A stretch of 64,000 nt of DNA, taken from positions 393,598-457,597 of the forward strand of contig NZ_CANLFS010000001.1 of the NCBI RefSeq assembly GCF_947490095.1, given 5' to 3'. Position numbers and translations under genes: made by a program. Positions 9,425-18,784 of this stretch are shown piece after piece (position 1 is the first letter of the stretch; each line of letters starts with the position of its first letter). The notes beneath the pieces were generated by a model, which did not search any database, was not told the DNA's origin, and saw nothing but the letters and a program-made list of their open reading frames with translations. Source of the DNA: an uncultured Halomonas sp. GTDB taxonomy: Bacteria; Pseudomonadota; Gammaproteobacteria; Pseudomonadales; Halomonadaceae.

Positions 9425-9817
9425 ATGCGCCCCCTGATTCGCCTCTTCTTCCGCGGCCTGCGCCAGGTACTGGCCCCGTTCGTGCTGATTTCCGAAAAAC
9501 TCTCGACGCCCAAGGCCGTGGAACGCTCCCCGGAGGCCCAGGCCGAGGTCGACCGCGCCTGTGAAGGCCTCGCCCTCTACCAGTTCCGCACCTGCCCCTT
9601 CTGCGTCAAGGTGCGCAAGGAGATCGCCCGCCTGGGGCTGCCCATCGAGGTCCGCGACGCCCAGCTGGACCCGGATCATCGCCGAGAGCTCGCCGAGGGC
9701 GGCGGACGCGTCAAGGTTCCCTGCCTGCGCATCGCCCAGGACGACGGCGAGGTCGAGTGGCTCTACGAGTCCGATGATATCAACGCCTGGCTGCAGCGGC
9801 GCTTCGCCACCGCCTGA
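9425..9817 (+). CDS. Glutaredoxin-family protein (CPFC active site) with a hydrophobic N-terminal segment
   Basis: ORF 9191..9817 trimmed to ATG 9425 (MRPLIRLFF). Contains LYQFRTCPFCVKVRKEIARLGLPIEVRD and a VPCL motif typical of the glutaredoxin fold. The start is uncertain. Confidence 0.75.
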   Translation: MRPLIRLFFRGLRQVLAPFVLISEKLSTPKAVERSPEAQAEVDRACEGLALYQFRTCPFCVKVRKEIARLGLPIEVRDAQLDPDHRRELAEGGGRVKVPCLRIAQDDGEVEWLYESDDINAWLQRRFATA

Positions 9818-9903
9818 TCCTCCCTCCGGCGGGTTCGCCACGCCAACAAGGCGCGTCCCCGTCACGCCCCCGGCTGGACCTTCATGGCCCTGGCGCCTAC
9901 ACC

Positions 9904-11661
9904 TTGGTTATGGAGATTGACGCCCCCCCTTCCCCCCGCGGGCTGTTGTCGGTGCTGCGCTTCCTGGTACTGATCGTGCTGGGCGCCGTCGTCGGTGGTG
10001 TGGCGGCGCTGTTTGCCGCCGGCTTTGTGCGCGGCGTGCTCTGGCTCAACGAGATACTGCTGATCTCGCCGCGTAGCCGCATGATGTTTGCCCTGCCGGA
10101 GTGGCTGACGCTGACCACCGTGGCCGTGCCCGCCCTGGGCGGCCTGATCGTCGGCCGCCTGCACCAGACCCTGCCCGAGCGGCGCCCCCACACGCCCACC
10201 GACGCCATCGCCGCCGTCCAGACCCGTCGCGGCCGGCTGCCGCTCAAGGCCGGGGCGGTCTCGGCATTTACCGCCATGCTCTCCCTGGGGGCCGGGGCCT
10301 CGGTGGGCCAGTACGGTCCCCTGGTGCACCTGGGAGCGAGCCTGGGCTCGCTGGGCGCGCGGCTGCTGCGCCTGAGCCGCTCCGACGACAATATCACCAT
10401 CGCCTGCGGGGTCGCCGCGGCGATCGCCACCGCCTTCAATGCCCCCCTGGCGGGCATCGTCTTCGCCCACGAGGTGGTGCTGCGCCATTATGCGCTGCGT
10501 GCCTTCGCCCCCATCGCCGCCGCGGCCCTGGTCGGCCATGTGATCGCCACCCAGGCGCTGGCCCAGGGCGCGCTCTTTCATGTCGCCGAGACCGTGGTCC
10601 CCCGGGCCTGGGAGTTCGCCCTGTTCGTCGTCATCGGCGGCCTGGGCGCCCTGCTGGCCGGTGGCTATATCCATGCCATTCTCGGCCTGAGCCGTGTCGC
10701 CCAGCGCCTGCCGCTACGCCCCGAACTGCAGCCCGCCCTGGCCGGCGCCCTGCTGGGGGTGGCGGCGCTGTGGGTGCCCGATATCCTCGGCATGGGCCAG
10801 GAGACCTTGCGCTTCGCCACCATCGCCGGGGCCTTCGACAGCGGCGAACTGCTGCTGGTGCTGGGCCTGAAGGTGGCGGCCACCGCCCTGTGTCTGGGCC
10901 TGGGCTTCAGCGGCGGGGTCTTCAGCCCCGCCCTGGTGGTCGGCATGCTGTTCGGTGCCCTGTGCGGCACCCTGGTGGGCGGCATGACCGGCATTTCCCA
11001 GGAGACCTTCGTCTTCTATGCGGTATGCGGCATGGTCGCCGTCACCGCCCCGGTCATCGGCGCCCCATTGACCAGCCTGCTGATCGTCTTCGAGCTTACC
11101 GGCAACTACGCCCTGACCACCGCCGCCCTGGCCAGCGTGACCCTGGCAAGCCCCATCGCCGCCCAGCTGTTCGGGCGCTCGCTGTTCGATATTCAACTCC
11201 ACCAGCGCGGCCTCGACCTCTCCTCCGGGCGTGGCCAGGCCCTGCTGATGGACACCCGGGTGACCGACTACATGACCCGGGAATGCGTCATCCTCTCTCC
11301 CGAGGCGTCGCTGGACGAGGCGATCGCCAGTCTCGCCCGGCAACGCCACGCCGAGGCCTACCTGGTCGATGCCGGCTGGCGCTTCCACGGCTGCGTGACG
11401 CTGGCCGAACTCGAGGCGGCGCGGCAGGCGGCAGGCGCGCCCCGGCGACTCCTCGAATGCCGGGACGAGACACGCCCGACGCTGTGTGCCGAGACCACAT
11501 TGTGGGCGGCGATGGCCCTGCTCGAGGAGGTCACCGGCGAGGCCCTGGCGGTGGTGGACGACGCGGGCCTCTTCCACGGCGTGGTGTATGAGGTCACGAT
11601 CGCCCGCGCCTATCTCCACCAGAGCGAGGCCCTGCGCCGAGAGGAGCATGATCATGGGTAG
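9904..11661 (+). CDS. ClC-family chloride channel / H+-Cl- antiporter with a C-terminal CBS-domain pair
   Basis: ClC motifs GASVGQYGP, AAAIATAFNAPLAGIVFAHE and GFSGGVFSP. The C-terminal ~140 aa is CBS-like (VTDYMTRECVILSPEASLDEAI, LAVVDDAGLFHGVVYEV). The start is TTG 9904 or ATG 9910. Confidence 0.9.
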   Translation: MVMEIDAPPSPRGLLSVLRFLVLIVLGAVVGGVAALFAAGFVRGVLWLNEILLISPRSRMMFALPEWLTLTTVAVPALGGLIVGRLHQTLPERRPHTPTDAIAAVQTRRGRLPLKAGAVSAFTAMLSLGAGASVGQYGPLVHLGASLGSLGARLLRLSRSDDNITIACGVAAAIATAFNAPLAGIVFAHEVVLRHYALRAFAPIAAAALVGHVIATQALAQGALFHVAETVVPRAWEFALFVVIGGLGALLAGGYIHAILGLSRVAQRLPLRPELQPALAGALLGVAALWVPDILGMGQETLRFATIAGAFDSGELLLVLGLKVAATALCLGLGFSGGVFSPALVVGMLFGALCGTLVGGMTGISQETFVFYAVCGMVAVTAPVIGAPLTSLLIVFELTGNYALTTAALASVTLASPIAAQLFGRSLFDIQLHQRGLDLSSGRGQALLMDTRVTDYMTRECVILSPEASLDEAIASLARQRHAEAYLVDAGWRFHGCVTLAELEAARQAAGAPRRLLECRDETRPTLCAETTLWAAMALLEEVTGEALAVVDDAGLFHGVVYEVTIARAYLHQSEALRREEHDHG

Positions 11662-12823
11662 GCGGGTCCGGGGTTCGCTGCCGGCCGTGGCTCTACTGCT
11701 GGCCGCGGTTCTGCTGACGATGATCGCCTGGGGCTCCCCGGCCCTGGCCGAGCCCCTGCGGGTGCTCAGCTGGGGCGGGGCCTACGAGCGCGCCCAGCGC
11801 GACGCCCTCTTCACGCCCTACACCGAGCAGAGCGGGACCGACGTCGAGGTGTCGCGCTACGCCGGGGGCCTGGACGCGCTGCGCCGTGCCGTCGCCGCCG
11901 ACGAGGTGCCCTGGGATGTCATCGACATGACTCGCAGCCAGGCCATGGCGGCCTGCGATGAGGGCCTGCTGCAGCCCCTGCCGCAAGACCTTCCCGCCCC
12001 GGCCCCGGACGGCACCCCCGCCGACCGGGACTTCATCTCCGGGGCCATGGGCACCTGCGCCCTTACCCATACGCTGTTTGCCACCGTGGTGGCCTATCGC
12101 GCCGACGCCTTCCCGGGGCGGCGTCCCGCCCGCATCGCCGACCTCTTCGACCAACAACGTTTTCCGGGCCCCCGGGCGCTGCAGCGCACGCCGGCGGTCA
12201 ATCTCGAATGGGCCCTGCTCGCCAGCGGCGTCCCCCGGGAGGAACTCTACCGGCTGCTCAGCACGCCACGGGGCCTGACGCTGGCCCTCGAGACCCTGGA
12301 CACTCTGGGCGCCGTTCGCTGGTGGGAAGATGGCGAAAAACCCGTGGAACTGCTCCTCGACGGCCAGGTGGTCATGGCCTCGGGCTACAACGGCCGCTTC
12401 TTCGAGGCCATGGTCCAGCAGGGGGCCCCCATCGAGATCCTCTGGGACGGCCAGGTGCAGGAGCACGAGACCTGGGTGATTCCGCGTCATGCCCGCCATC
12501 CCCAGGCCGCCCGCGACTTCATCCGCTTCGCTACCTCCACCGAGCGGCTCGCCGCCCTGGCCGGGCGCATTCCCTACGGGCCGGCCCGTGAGTCGGCGGC
12601 CGTGCAGGTGGGGCGCCATCCGGAAAGCGGCGTGGACATGCGCCTGCATATCCCTACGCACCCGCTCAACGACGAGCGCGCCATCGTCAAGGACGAGGAC
12701 TGGTACGCGCGTACCCTGACCCGCATGAACGACTACTTCACGGCCTGGCTGGAGGCCCGGGAGACGCCGGGCGGCAAGGCCCCGGCCGCCCCCAAGCCGG
12801 CCGAGGCCGCATCGGATGATTAA
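11648..12823 (+). CDS. Orphan ABC-type periplasmic substrate-binding protein (PotD/PotF-like, solute-binding family 1)
   Basis: ORF 11486..12823 trimmed to ATG 11648, with GGAG at 11642..11645. Signal peptide ends PALAEP. LRVLSWGGAYERAQRDALFTPYTEQSGTDVEV is typical of this family. It overlaps the ClC stop by 14 nt. No permease or ATPase gene is adjacent. Confidence 0.8.
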   Translation: MIMGRRVRGSLPAVALLLAAVLLTMIAWGSPALAEPLRVLSWGGAYERAQRDALFTPYTEQSGTDVEVSRYAGGLDALRRAVAADEVPWDVIDMTRSQAMAACDEGLLQPLPQDLPAPAPDGTPADRDFISGAMGTCALTHTLFATVVAYRADAFPGRRPARIADLFDQQRFPGPRALQRTPAVNLEWALLASGVPREELYRLLSTPRGLTLALETLDTLGAVRWWEDGEKPVELLLDGQVVMASGYNGRFFEAMVQQGAPIEILWDGQVQEHETWVIPRHARHPQAARDFIRFATSTERLAALAGRIPYGPARESAAVQVGRHPESGVDMRLHIPTHPLNDERAIVKDEDWYARTLTRMNDYFTAWLEARETPGGKAPAAPKPAEAASDD

Positions 12824-12858
12824 AGCCGCGTCGGGAATCGCCGCCTCAGGATGCGAGG

Positions 12859-14058
12859 CTAACGCGCCCGGATCAGCAGGTTGCGTGGGGTGAGCTCGCG
12901 CTCGCAGAAGGTGCCGAGCTCGGCGGTGTAGCCGGCCTCCTGGAGAAACACCAGGCGGTCCAGCGCCAGCCAGACCTCCAGGGGGCGACGGAACAGGTGG
13001 CGTACCAGCTCCAGGCGCGTCACCTCCGCCTGGCGCTGTTGCCCCCAGGCCTCATGGCCGGCCCAGTCGATGCAATCGGGCAGTTCGATGTCCTTCTGCG
13101 CGGCGGCCCAGCGGCAGAAGTCCTCGAAGGTCTCGGGCATGCGGCCATAGGCCAGGCTCGGCACCGACAGATAGTCATCGAGGCCCCGCACCTCTCGCTG
13201 CAGCCGGTCGAAGCCGAGCCGCCAGGCACCCGCCCGCTGGCGGTGGCGCCGGTGATGCCGTGGTGCGGTGACCATCTCCTGCACCGCCATGGCCAGGTCC
13301 TCCCGGGTCAAGGCCAGGTGGTGGCGCGCCATGCCCTGGGCGCCGAGCCGCGAGAGCGGCCGATACCGGGTATCGGCGGTACGCTGATAGCAGCACGGCG
13401 CCAGGGTCACCGCCGAGCCCGCCGCGACCGCCTGCTCGAGCAGGCGGCGATGCAGGTCCCCGCAGGCGTGCAGGGCGCAGGCATGGGTGGTCGGTGTCAG
13501 CCAGCGCTCGACGCCGGGTGCCATGACGTCCTGCCGGGCCAGCACCACCGCCGCCCCCTGGGACTCGGCCAGGCCGGCACCGCTCTCGCACAGGGCGCCA
13601 TCCCACTCCAGGGCCGTGACATCGACTCCATGCCGGCGCGCCAGGGTGCGGGCCAGGTGCCCCTTGCCGGCGCACCATTCCAGGGGCGTCTCCTGCTCAC
13701 CCAGGCGCACCCTGGGCAGAAAGGCCTGGATCTGGCGCCACTTGCGCCCGCCCATATGGGCCGCCCAGCTCTCCGGCAGGGCCTCCCCCTCCGACGCGAG
13801 CCGCGGCAGGTCGGCCAGCGCCTCGAGCTCCGCCACCGGCAACCAGTCGACCAGGGGCGAATCACTGAAGGGGGTCTCCTGCAGCCGCGCCGCTTCGGCA
13901 TCGGAGAGCGCCAGCAGCGCCTCGGCCATGGCGGACCACTCGGCCGGCCAGGGCCGCCGAGGATGCTGGAACGGCAGGGGCTGCCACAGCGGTCGCCATT
14001 CGGCGAGCAGCGCGGTCAGGCGCTCGAAGCGCCGGGCCGGATTCCATGGGTGGGACAC
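12859..14058 (-). CDS. SAM-dependent methyltransferase-like protein (Methyltransf_32 / METTL25-like, function unknown)
   Basis: ORF 12859..14229 trimmed to GTG 14058 (GGGAGAG upstream), because the longer form overlaps ybgA. Motif LEWCAGKGHLARTLARRHGVDVTALEWD resembles a class I MTase motif I, followed by ALHACGDLH. The start is uncertain. Confidence 0.7.
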   Translation of the reverse strand: MSHPWNPARRFERLTALLAEWRPLWQPLPFQHPRRPWPAEWSAMAEALLALSDAEAARLQETPFSDSPLVDWLPVAELEALADLPRLASEGEALPESWAAHMGGRKWRQIQAFLPRVRLGEQETPLEWCAGKGHLARTLARRHGVDVTALEWDGALCESGAGLAESQGAAVVLARQDVMAPGVERWLTPTTHACALHACGDLHRRLLEQAVAAGSAVTLAPCCYQRTADTRYRPLSRLGAQGMARHHLALTREDLAMAVQEMVTAPRHHRRHRQRAGAWRLGFDRLQREVRGLDDYLSVPSLAYGRMPETFEDFCRWAAAQKDIELPDCIDWAGHEAWGQQRQAEVTRLELVRHLFRRPLEVWLALDRLVFLQEAGYTAELGTFCERELTPRNLLIRAR

Positions 14059-14083
14059 AGGCTCTCCCGAGACGGGCCGTGGA

Positions 14084-15055
14084 TCAGAGGGTGTTGCGCA
14101 AGCCCAGCTCGTAGGGATGCGGGTCGAGATAGGTCTGGGCACGAATATAGTCGGAACCGTAGCGCTTGAGATAGTGATTGAGCAGGCGGATGGGCACCGC
14201 CAGGTGCACATGCCCCCGGCGATAGTCATCGATGGCCGCCAGCAGGTCCTGCTTGGTCTCCCCGTCCAGCGCCGCCTTGAGATAGCCGAAGACGTGCATC
14301 AGGGCATTGGCGTGGGTCTTGCGGGTCGCGGGGGTCGACAGGGCCGCCATGAAGCGTTCCAGGTAGTGGGCCATGGCCTGGTCGAGGGGGCGCTTGCTGG
14401 ATTCGGCCAGATAGCGCCCCAGTGCCCGATAGGCCTCCACGTCGTGGGCCATCAGCAGGTACTTCTGGCGGCTATGGAACTGCAACAACTCATGGTAGCT
14501 GGGTTCGGCCGCCACCCGGCGCAGCCAGTCGTCATAGGCATAGACCCGGGTGATGAAGTTCTCGCGCAGCACGGCATCGTTCATGCGCGCCTCCTCCTCC
14601 AGCGGCAGCTCGGGGAAGTGGCGACGCAGCTCGCGCACGAAGGCCCCGGCGTCCGAGTGGCTGGGCATGCCATTATCGGGGCGATAGACCTTGACCCGCT
14701 CCAGGCCGCAGCTGGGCGAGCCCTTCATCAGGATGAAGCCGCGCAGGTGACGGTGGCGGTCGATAAACGCCTGGCTTACCGCCGCCAGCCGGTCGGTGAC
14801 GTCCAGTTCAGGGTCCCGGGTACCGACCACCCGAGGCTCCTCCCCCTCGACGCCGACCAGGCGGATGGGCTCGCGAGGCACGCCGAGTCCCGCCTCCAGC
14901 TCGGGGCAGAACGGCTCGAAGGCGAAGCGCTCGCCCAGCACCTCCAGGCAGTAACGCGAACGCTTGTGGCCCCCGTTGTAGCGCACCTCCTCGCCCGTCA
15001 GGCAGGCACTGATGCCCACCGGTATCCGCCGCTCATCCTTCACCTCGTCGCTCAT
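14084..15055 (-). CDS. ybgA: YbgA-family protein (DUF523 + DUF1722)
   Basis: N-terminal [23 protein letters not shown] and KGSPSCG (DUF523-like). The C-terminal half matches the DUF1722 pattern ([19 protein letters not shown]). Confidence 0.85.
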   Translation of the reverse strand: MSDEVKDERRIPVGISACLTGEEVRYNGGHKRSRYCLEVLGERFAFEPFCPELEAGLGVPREPIRLVGVEGEEPRVVGTRDPELDVTDRLAAVSQAFIDRHRHLRGFILMKGSPSCGLERVKVYRPDNGMPSHSDAGAFVRELRRHFPELPLEEEARMNDAVLRENFITRVYAYDDWLRRVAAEPSYHELLQFHSRQKYLLMAHDVEAYRALGRYLAESSKRPLDQAMAHYLERFMAALSTPATRKTHANALMHVFGYLKAALDGETKQDLLAAIDDYRRGHVHLAVPIRLLNHYLKRYGSDYIRAQTYLDPHPYELGLRNTL

Positions 15056-15246
15056 GGTCGCGCTCCTCGATCACTCGCCGCCTATCACCCTACGCCAGCC
15101 TGGCATCAGCCTGGCCTCGTGACTCCCATTGTCTCATAGCCGCTATCCCCATGCGCCTGACGCCCCAGGGCCCACTTTCCATCAATGATATTACGGCGGT
15201 CGGTATGGCATCATCAGGACTCCCTCATCAAGCAAGGAGCCCCGCC

Positions 15247-15732
15247 ATGGCCCAGATCGTTACCCCCGATATCTGCGACGCCCACCCCGAGGTACGCGCC
15301 CTCGACCCGCTGTTCATCAATTTTGGCGGCCGCGAGGCCTTCTGTGGCCCGATCCGTACCGTCAAGTGCTTCGAGGACAACTCCCTGGTCAAGCAGGCCG
15401 TGGCCGAACCCGGTGACGGCGCGGTACTGGTGGTGGACGCCGGCGGTTCACAGCGCTGCGCCATGCTCGGCGATATGCTCGCCGAACAGGCGGCCGCCAA
15501 CGGCTGGAGCGGCGTGGTCATGTACGGCTGCGTGCGCGATGTCGACGTGCTGGCCGAGATCGACCTGGGCGTGCAGGCCCTCGGGGCCCACCCCCGCAAG
15601 AGCGAGAAGCATGGCGAGGGACGCCGCGACGTCCCGGTGACCCTCGCCGGCACGACGCTCACCCCCGGGGAGTGGCTCTACGCCGACAACAACGGCATCC
15701 TGGTCGCCGACCGGCGCCTGCCCCTCGAATAA
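15247..15732 (+). CDS. rraA: RraA-family protein (RNase E regulator / HMG aldolase-like)
   Basis: ORF 15151..15732 trimmed to ATG 15247, with AAGGAG upstream. [47 protein letters not shown] and [11 protein letters not shown] are typical RraA motifs. Confidence 0.9.
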   Translation: MAQIVTPDICDAHPEVRALDPLFINFGGREAFCGPIRTVKCFEDNSLVKQAVAEPGDGAVLVVDAGGSQRCAMLGDMLAEQAAANGWSGVVMYGCVRDVDVLAEIDLGVQALGAHPRKSEKHGEGRRDVPVTLAGTTLTPGEWLYADNNGILVADRRLPLE

Positions 15733-17631
15733 ATGCTGGCATTCGCTAACCTGAGCCGCGATGTCCTGTATCACCTGCGGTCGCATCTTCGCCCGCTGGT
15801 GGCCTACCACCTCTTCTTCACCCTGCTGGCCTCCAGCCTGCTGCTGCCGGCGGTGGCCTGGAGCCTGGCCGGGCTGGTGGGCCGCTTCGGACGCACGGTC
15901 ATCAGCGGCGCCGAGCTGCTCGACCTGCTGCTGACCCCTGCCGGGGCGCTGTGGCTGCTGGCCGCCATAGGACTCGCCTTCCTGGTGCTCTACCTGCAGC
16001 AGGCGGGCATGATCCTGGTAGCGGCTCGCCCGCGAGACCGTCACCTGCGCCTGGCCCTCGAGGCGCTGTGGGGGGCCGTGCATCGCCTGCCGGCGCTGGC
16101 CGGCCTGGTCGTGATTCAGGTGGGCACCCACCTGCTGCTGGTGCTGCCGGTCGCCATCGGCCTGGTCTGGCTGTATGGCGTCCTGCTGGGGGATCTCGAC
16201 CCTTACTATGTGCAACGCGTTCGCCCCGCGGCGCTGTGGCAGTTTCTCGCCCTGGCCCTGCCCCTGGTAGCGGGCTGGGCTGGGCTCGCCGCCACGCTCT
16301 ACGTGCGCTGGATACTGGCGCTGCCCCTGGTGGCGCTGGAGACGCTGTCGCCGCGTCGGGCCCTGGCGCGTAGCGGCGAGCTGACCCGCGGCCGCCGGCG
16401 CCTTATCGCTGTGACCACCCTCGCCCTGCTGGCGCTGGTTCTCGCCCTGCCCGTCCTGACGACCCTGATCTTCGACTGGCTGTTTACCCCGCTGCTGTGG
16501 TGGCTGCCCGAGCGCAACGCCGTGCTGGTGCCGGCCACCCTGGCCTATCTGACCGCCTACGTGTTGTTGACCCTCGCCATCACCTTCGCCGGGATCGCCG
16601 CCAACGCCCTGCTCTCGGCGAGTCTCTACCGGCGCCTGACCCATCGCGAGCCACGGCCGGCCCGGCCTCCCCGCGATGCCCATCCGGGACGCCTGGCCTG
16701 GGGAGTGGAACTGGGCGTGGTGCTGTTCGCGCTGTGGCAGGCGTGGCTGATCGTCAACAGCTTCACGCTGCACGACGAGGTGACGATCATCGCCCACCGC
16801 GGCAGTTCCCTGGACGCCCCCGAGAACACCCTGCCGGCGATCCACCGCGCCCTGGAGGATGGCGCGGACATGGTCGAGCTCGACGTGCGCCTGACCCAAG
16901 ACAACCAGGTGGTGATCTATCACGACAGCAGCCTGCAGCGCCTGGCCGGCGACCCTCGACGGCTGGGCAAGCTCGACCGCGAGGCGCTGGCCAACGTCGA
17001 TGTGGGCAGCTGGTTCGGCGACGCCTATGTGGGAGAGTCGATTCCCGGACTGGATGAGGCCCTGGCCGCGGTGCGCGGCCGCAGCGGCCTGATGATCGAC
17101 CTGAAGACCGACCTCGGCCGTGAGGCGGCGCTGGTGGAGGCGGTGGTCGCCGCCCTCGATGCCGAGCGGGCCGAGCGCCTGCGCTGCCTGGCGGAAGCGG
17201 TGGCGAACCCGACCCGGGCGCCCATGGCGGTGCGGGCCTGCGGCAACCCCGATGTCGCCGCCGAGACTCGCCTGGCGACCACCTCGCCCAGGCTGGCCCG
17301 CGTGATTCAATCGGGTCACCCCGAACTGCGCGTGACCCTGCTGGCCCAGCTGATCCTGCCCGGTTCCCTGGAGCGCCGGCGCCTGGACGCCCTGGGGCTG
17401 CGCCATAACCGCATCGACGAGCGGGAGGTCAGGCTGGCGGCAGACTACGGCTACGCGCTCCACGCCTGGACGACCAACAGCCGCGCCCGGATGTCACAGC
17501 TGATCGACCTGGGCGTTGACGCCATTATCACCGACCACCCGGCTCGGCTCGCCAGGCTGGTCGCCGAGCGCCGGGAACTCAGCGATGGCGCCCTCTTGCT
17601 GATCAAGCTGCATAACTGGCTACGACATTGA
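15733..17631 (+). CDS. Membrane-anchored glycerophosphodiester phosphodiesterase (N-terminal multi-TM domain + C-terminal GDPD domain)
   Basis: About 330 aa of TM helices, then GDPD motifs IIAHRGSSLDAPENTLPAIHRALEDGADMVELDVRLTQDNQVVIYHD and ALHAWTTN. The ATG directly abuts the rraA stop (TAAATG). Confidence 0.85.
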   Translation: MLAFANLSRDVLYHLRSHLRPLVAYHLFFTLLASSLLLPAVAWSLAGLVGRFGRTVISGAELLDLLLTPAGALWLLAAIGLAFLVLYLQQAGMILVAARPRDRHLRLALEALWGAVHRLPALAGLVVIQVGTHLLLVLPVAIGLVWLYGVLLGDLDPYYVQRVRPAALWQFLALALPLVAGWAGLAATLYVRWILALPLVALETLSPRRALARSGELTRGRRRLIAVTTLALLALVLALPVLTTLIFDWLFTPLLWWLPERNAVLVPATLAYLTAYVLLTLAITFAGIAANALLSASLYRRLTHREPRPARPPRDAHPGRLAWGVELGVVLFALWQAWLIVNSFTLHDEVTIIAHRGSSLDAPENTLPAIHRALEDGADMVELDVRLTQDNQVVIYHDSSLQRLAGDPRRLGKLDREALANVDVGSWFGDAYVGESIPGLDEALAAVRGRSGLMIDLKTDLGREAALVEAVVAALDAERAERLRCLAEAVANPTRAPMAVRACGNPDVAAETRLATTSPRLARVIQSGHPELRVTLLAQLILPGSLERRRLDALGLRHNRIDEREVRLAADYGYALHAWTTNSRARMSQLIDLGVDAIITDHPARLARLVAERRELSDGALLLIKLHNWLRH

Positions 17632-17663
17632 CTGGTTACGACATTGACTGCCGGCGACACTGG
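17616..17663 (+). repeat. 16-bp tandem repeat (about 2.7 copies) spanning the GDPD stop codon
   Basis: CTGGCTACGACATTGA (17616..17631), CTGGTTACGACATTGA (17632..17647), and a degenerate third unit CTGCCGGCGACACTGG (11/16 matches). Confidence 0.8.
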
Positions 17664-17773
17664 CTCGGCGAGCCCCCGGCAACGGATTCGCCATTGCGCG
17701 TGAACAGGCGAGAACAGGTATCATGGGGGCATTAGATGATAGCCTATCCTGATCCAAGTTGGAGATGTTTGTG

Positions 17774-18643
17774 ATGACTCTGCGTTCGCTGATCGCGTCC
17801 ACCGGCCTGCTGCTCGTCGCCGCCACGCCGATGGCCCAGGCCGACACCCTGCGCCTGGGCATCGGAGAATGGGCCACCGGCCAGGCCAGCACCTATGTGC
17901 TCAAGACGGTCCTCGAGGACGCCGGTCATGAGGTCCAGGTCCACTCGGTGAGCCTGGCGGCCATCTGGCAGGGGCTCTCCGTCGGCGAGCTGGATGCCTT
18001 CACCGGCGCCTGGCTGCCGGTGACTCAGGCCAGCTACTACACCGCCGTGGACGACAAGGTCGACGACCTGGGCCCCAATCTCAGCGATGCCCGCATCGGC
18101 CTGGCCGTGCCCAGCTACGCCGAGGCGACCTCGATAGCGGACCTGGCCGAGGCCGGCGAGGCCTTCGACCGGCGCATCCACGGCATCGACCCCGGCGCCG
18201 GCATCATGGCCCTGACCGAGCAGGCCATGGAAGCCTATGGCCTCGATGACTGGCGGCTGGTCGCCGGCAGCGATGCGGCCATGAGCAAGACCCTGGCGGG
18301 TGCGACGGCCAATCAGGACCCCATCGTCGTCACCGCCTGGGCCCCGCACCCGGTCTTCTCGGGACAGTCGCTGCGCTACCTCGAAGACCCCCAGGGCTTC
18401 TACTCCCAGGACGACAGCATCCACACCATCACCCGCCAGGGCCTTGCCGAGGCGCAGCCGGAAGTCGCCGCCATCCTGGACCGCTTCGCGTGGAGCGCCG
18501 ATGACGTCGAGGGGCTGCTGGAGGCCAACCAGGCCAATGGCGAGTACGAGGCCAACGCCCGCGCCTGGGTCGATACACATCCGGAGCTGGTCGCAGAATG
18601 GCTGGGTGAGCCGCTGGAAGAGCGGCAAGGCGACGCCGACTGA
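17774..18643 (+). CDS. Orphan glycine betaine/choline-type ABC substrate-binding protein (OpuAC/ProX-like)
   Basis: ORF 17759..18643 (TTG) trimmed to ATG 17774, with GGAG at 17761..17764. Signal peptide ends PMAQAD. LRLGIGEWATGQASTYVLKTVLEDAGHEV and DAFTGAWLP are typical of the OpuAC family. No permease or ATPase gene is adjacent. Confidence 0.85.
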   Translation: MTLRSLIASTGLLLVAATPMAQADTLRLGIGEWATGQASTYVLKTVLEDAGHEVQVHSVSLAAIWQGLSVGELDAFTGAWLPVTQASYYTAVDDKVDDLGPNLSDARIGLAVPSYAEATSIADLAEAGEAFDRRIHGIDPGAGIMALTEQAMEAYGLDDWRLVAGSDAAMSKTLAGATANQDPIVVTAWAPHPVFSGQSLRYLEDPQGFYSQDDSIHTITRQGLAEAQPEVAAILDRFAWSADDVEGLLEANQANGEYEANARAWVDTHPELVAEWLGEPLEERQGDAD

Positions 18644-18690
18644 TACGCCCTGCCCGCCCGCCACGGGCGGCATCCAACGACGCCTGACAT

Positions 18691-18725
18691 ACCAACGCCC
18701 GGCCATAACATGGCCGGGCGTTGGT
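18691..18725. terminator. Perfect 15-bp-stem hairpin between convergent genes (bidirectional terminator candidate, no clear U-tract)
   Basis: ACCAACGCCCGGCCA (18691..18705), loop TAACA, TGGCCGGGCGTTGGT (18711..18725). Confidence 0.5.
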
Positions 18726-18784
18726 GTATCACGCAGCGTGGCTCGTACGTCGTGTCGCGTGGCTCGCGCGTCGCAGGAAAGTCA

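Noticed and set aside
9818-9903. Fluoride (crcB-motif) riboswitch in front of the ClC gene.
   Set aside because: The 86-nt leader lacks the conserved GAUG...AAAC.GCC...CUGAUG core as I remember it. The ClC protein has a CBS pair and is 585 aa, unlike the compact CLC-F fluoride antiporters.
15448-17463. 671-aa ORF antisense to the rraA/GDPD genes. Similar very long alternate-frame or antisense ORFs are at 20563..22893 (776 aa), 58022..60280 (752 aa), 44246..46354 (702 aa), 24205..25956 (583 aa) and 51408..53393 (661 aa).
   Set aside because: Their translations are low-complexity and rich in R/G/H/Q/P/A. This is typical of stop-codon-poor off-frames in high-GC DNA. In every case the opposite strand or frame encodes a clearly recognisable conserved protein (GDPD, IorB, LeuC, MetZ, PpsA, TrpB).
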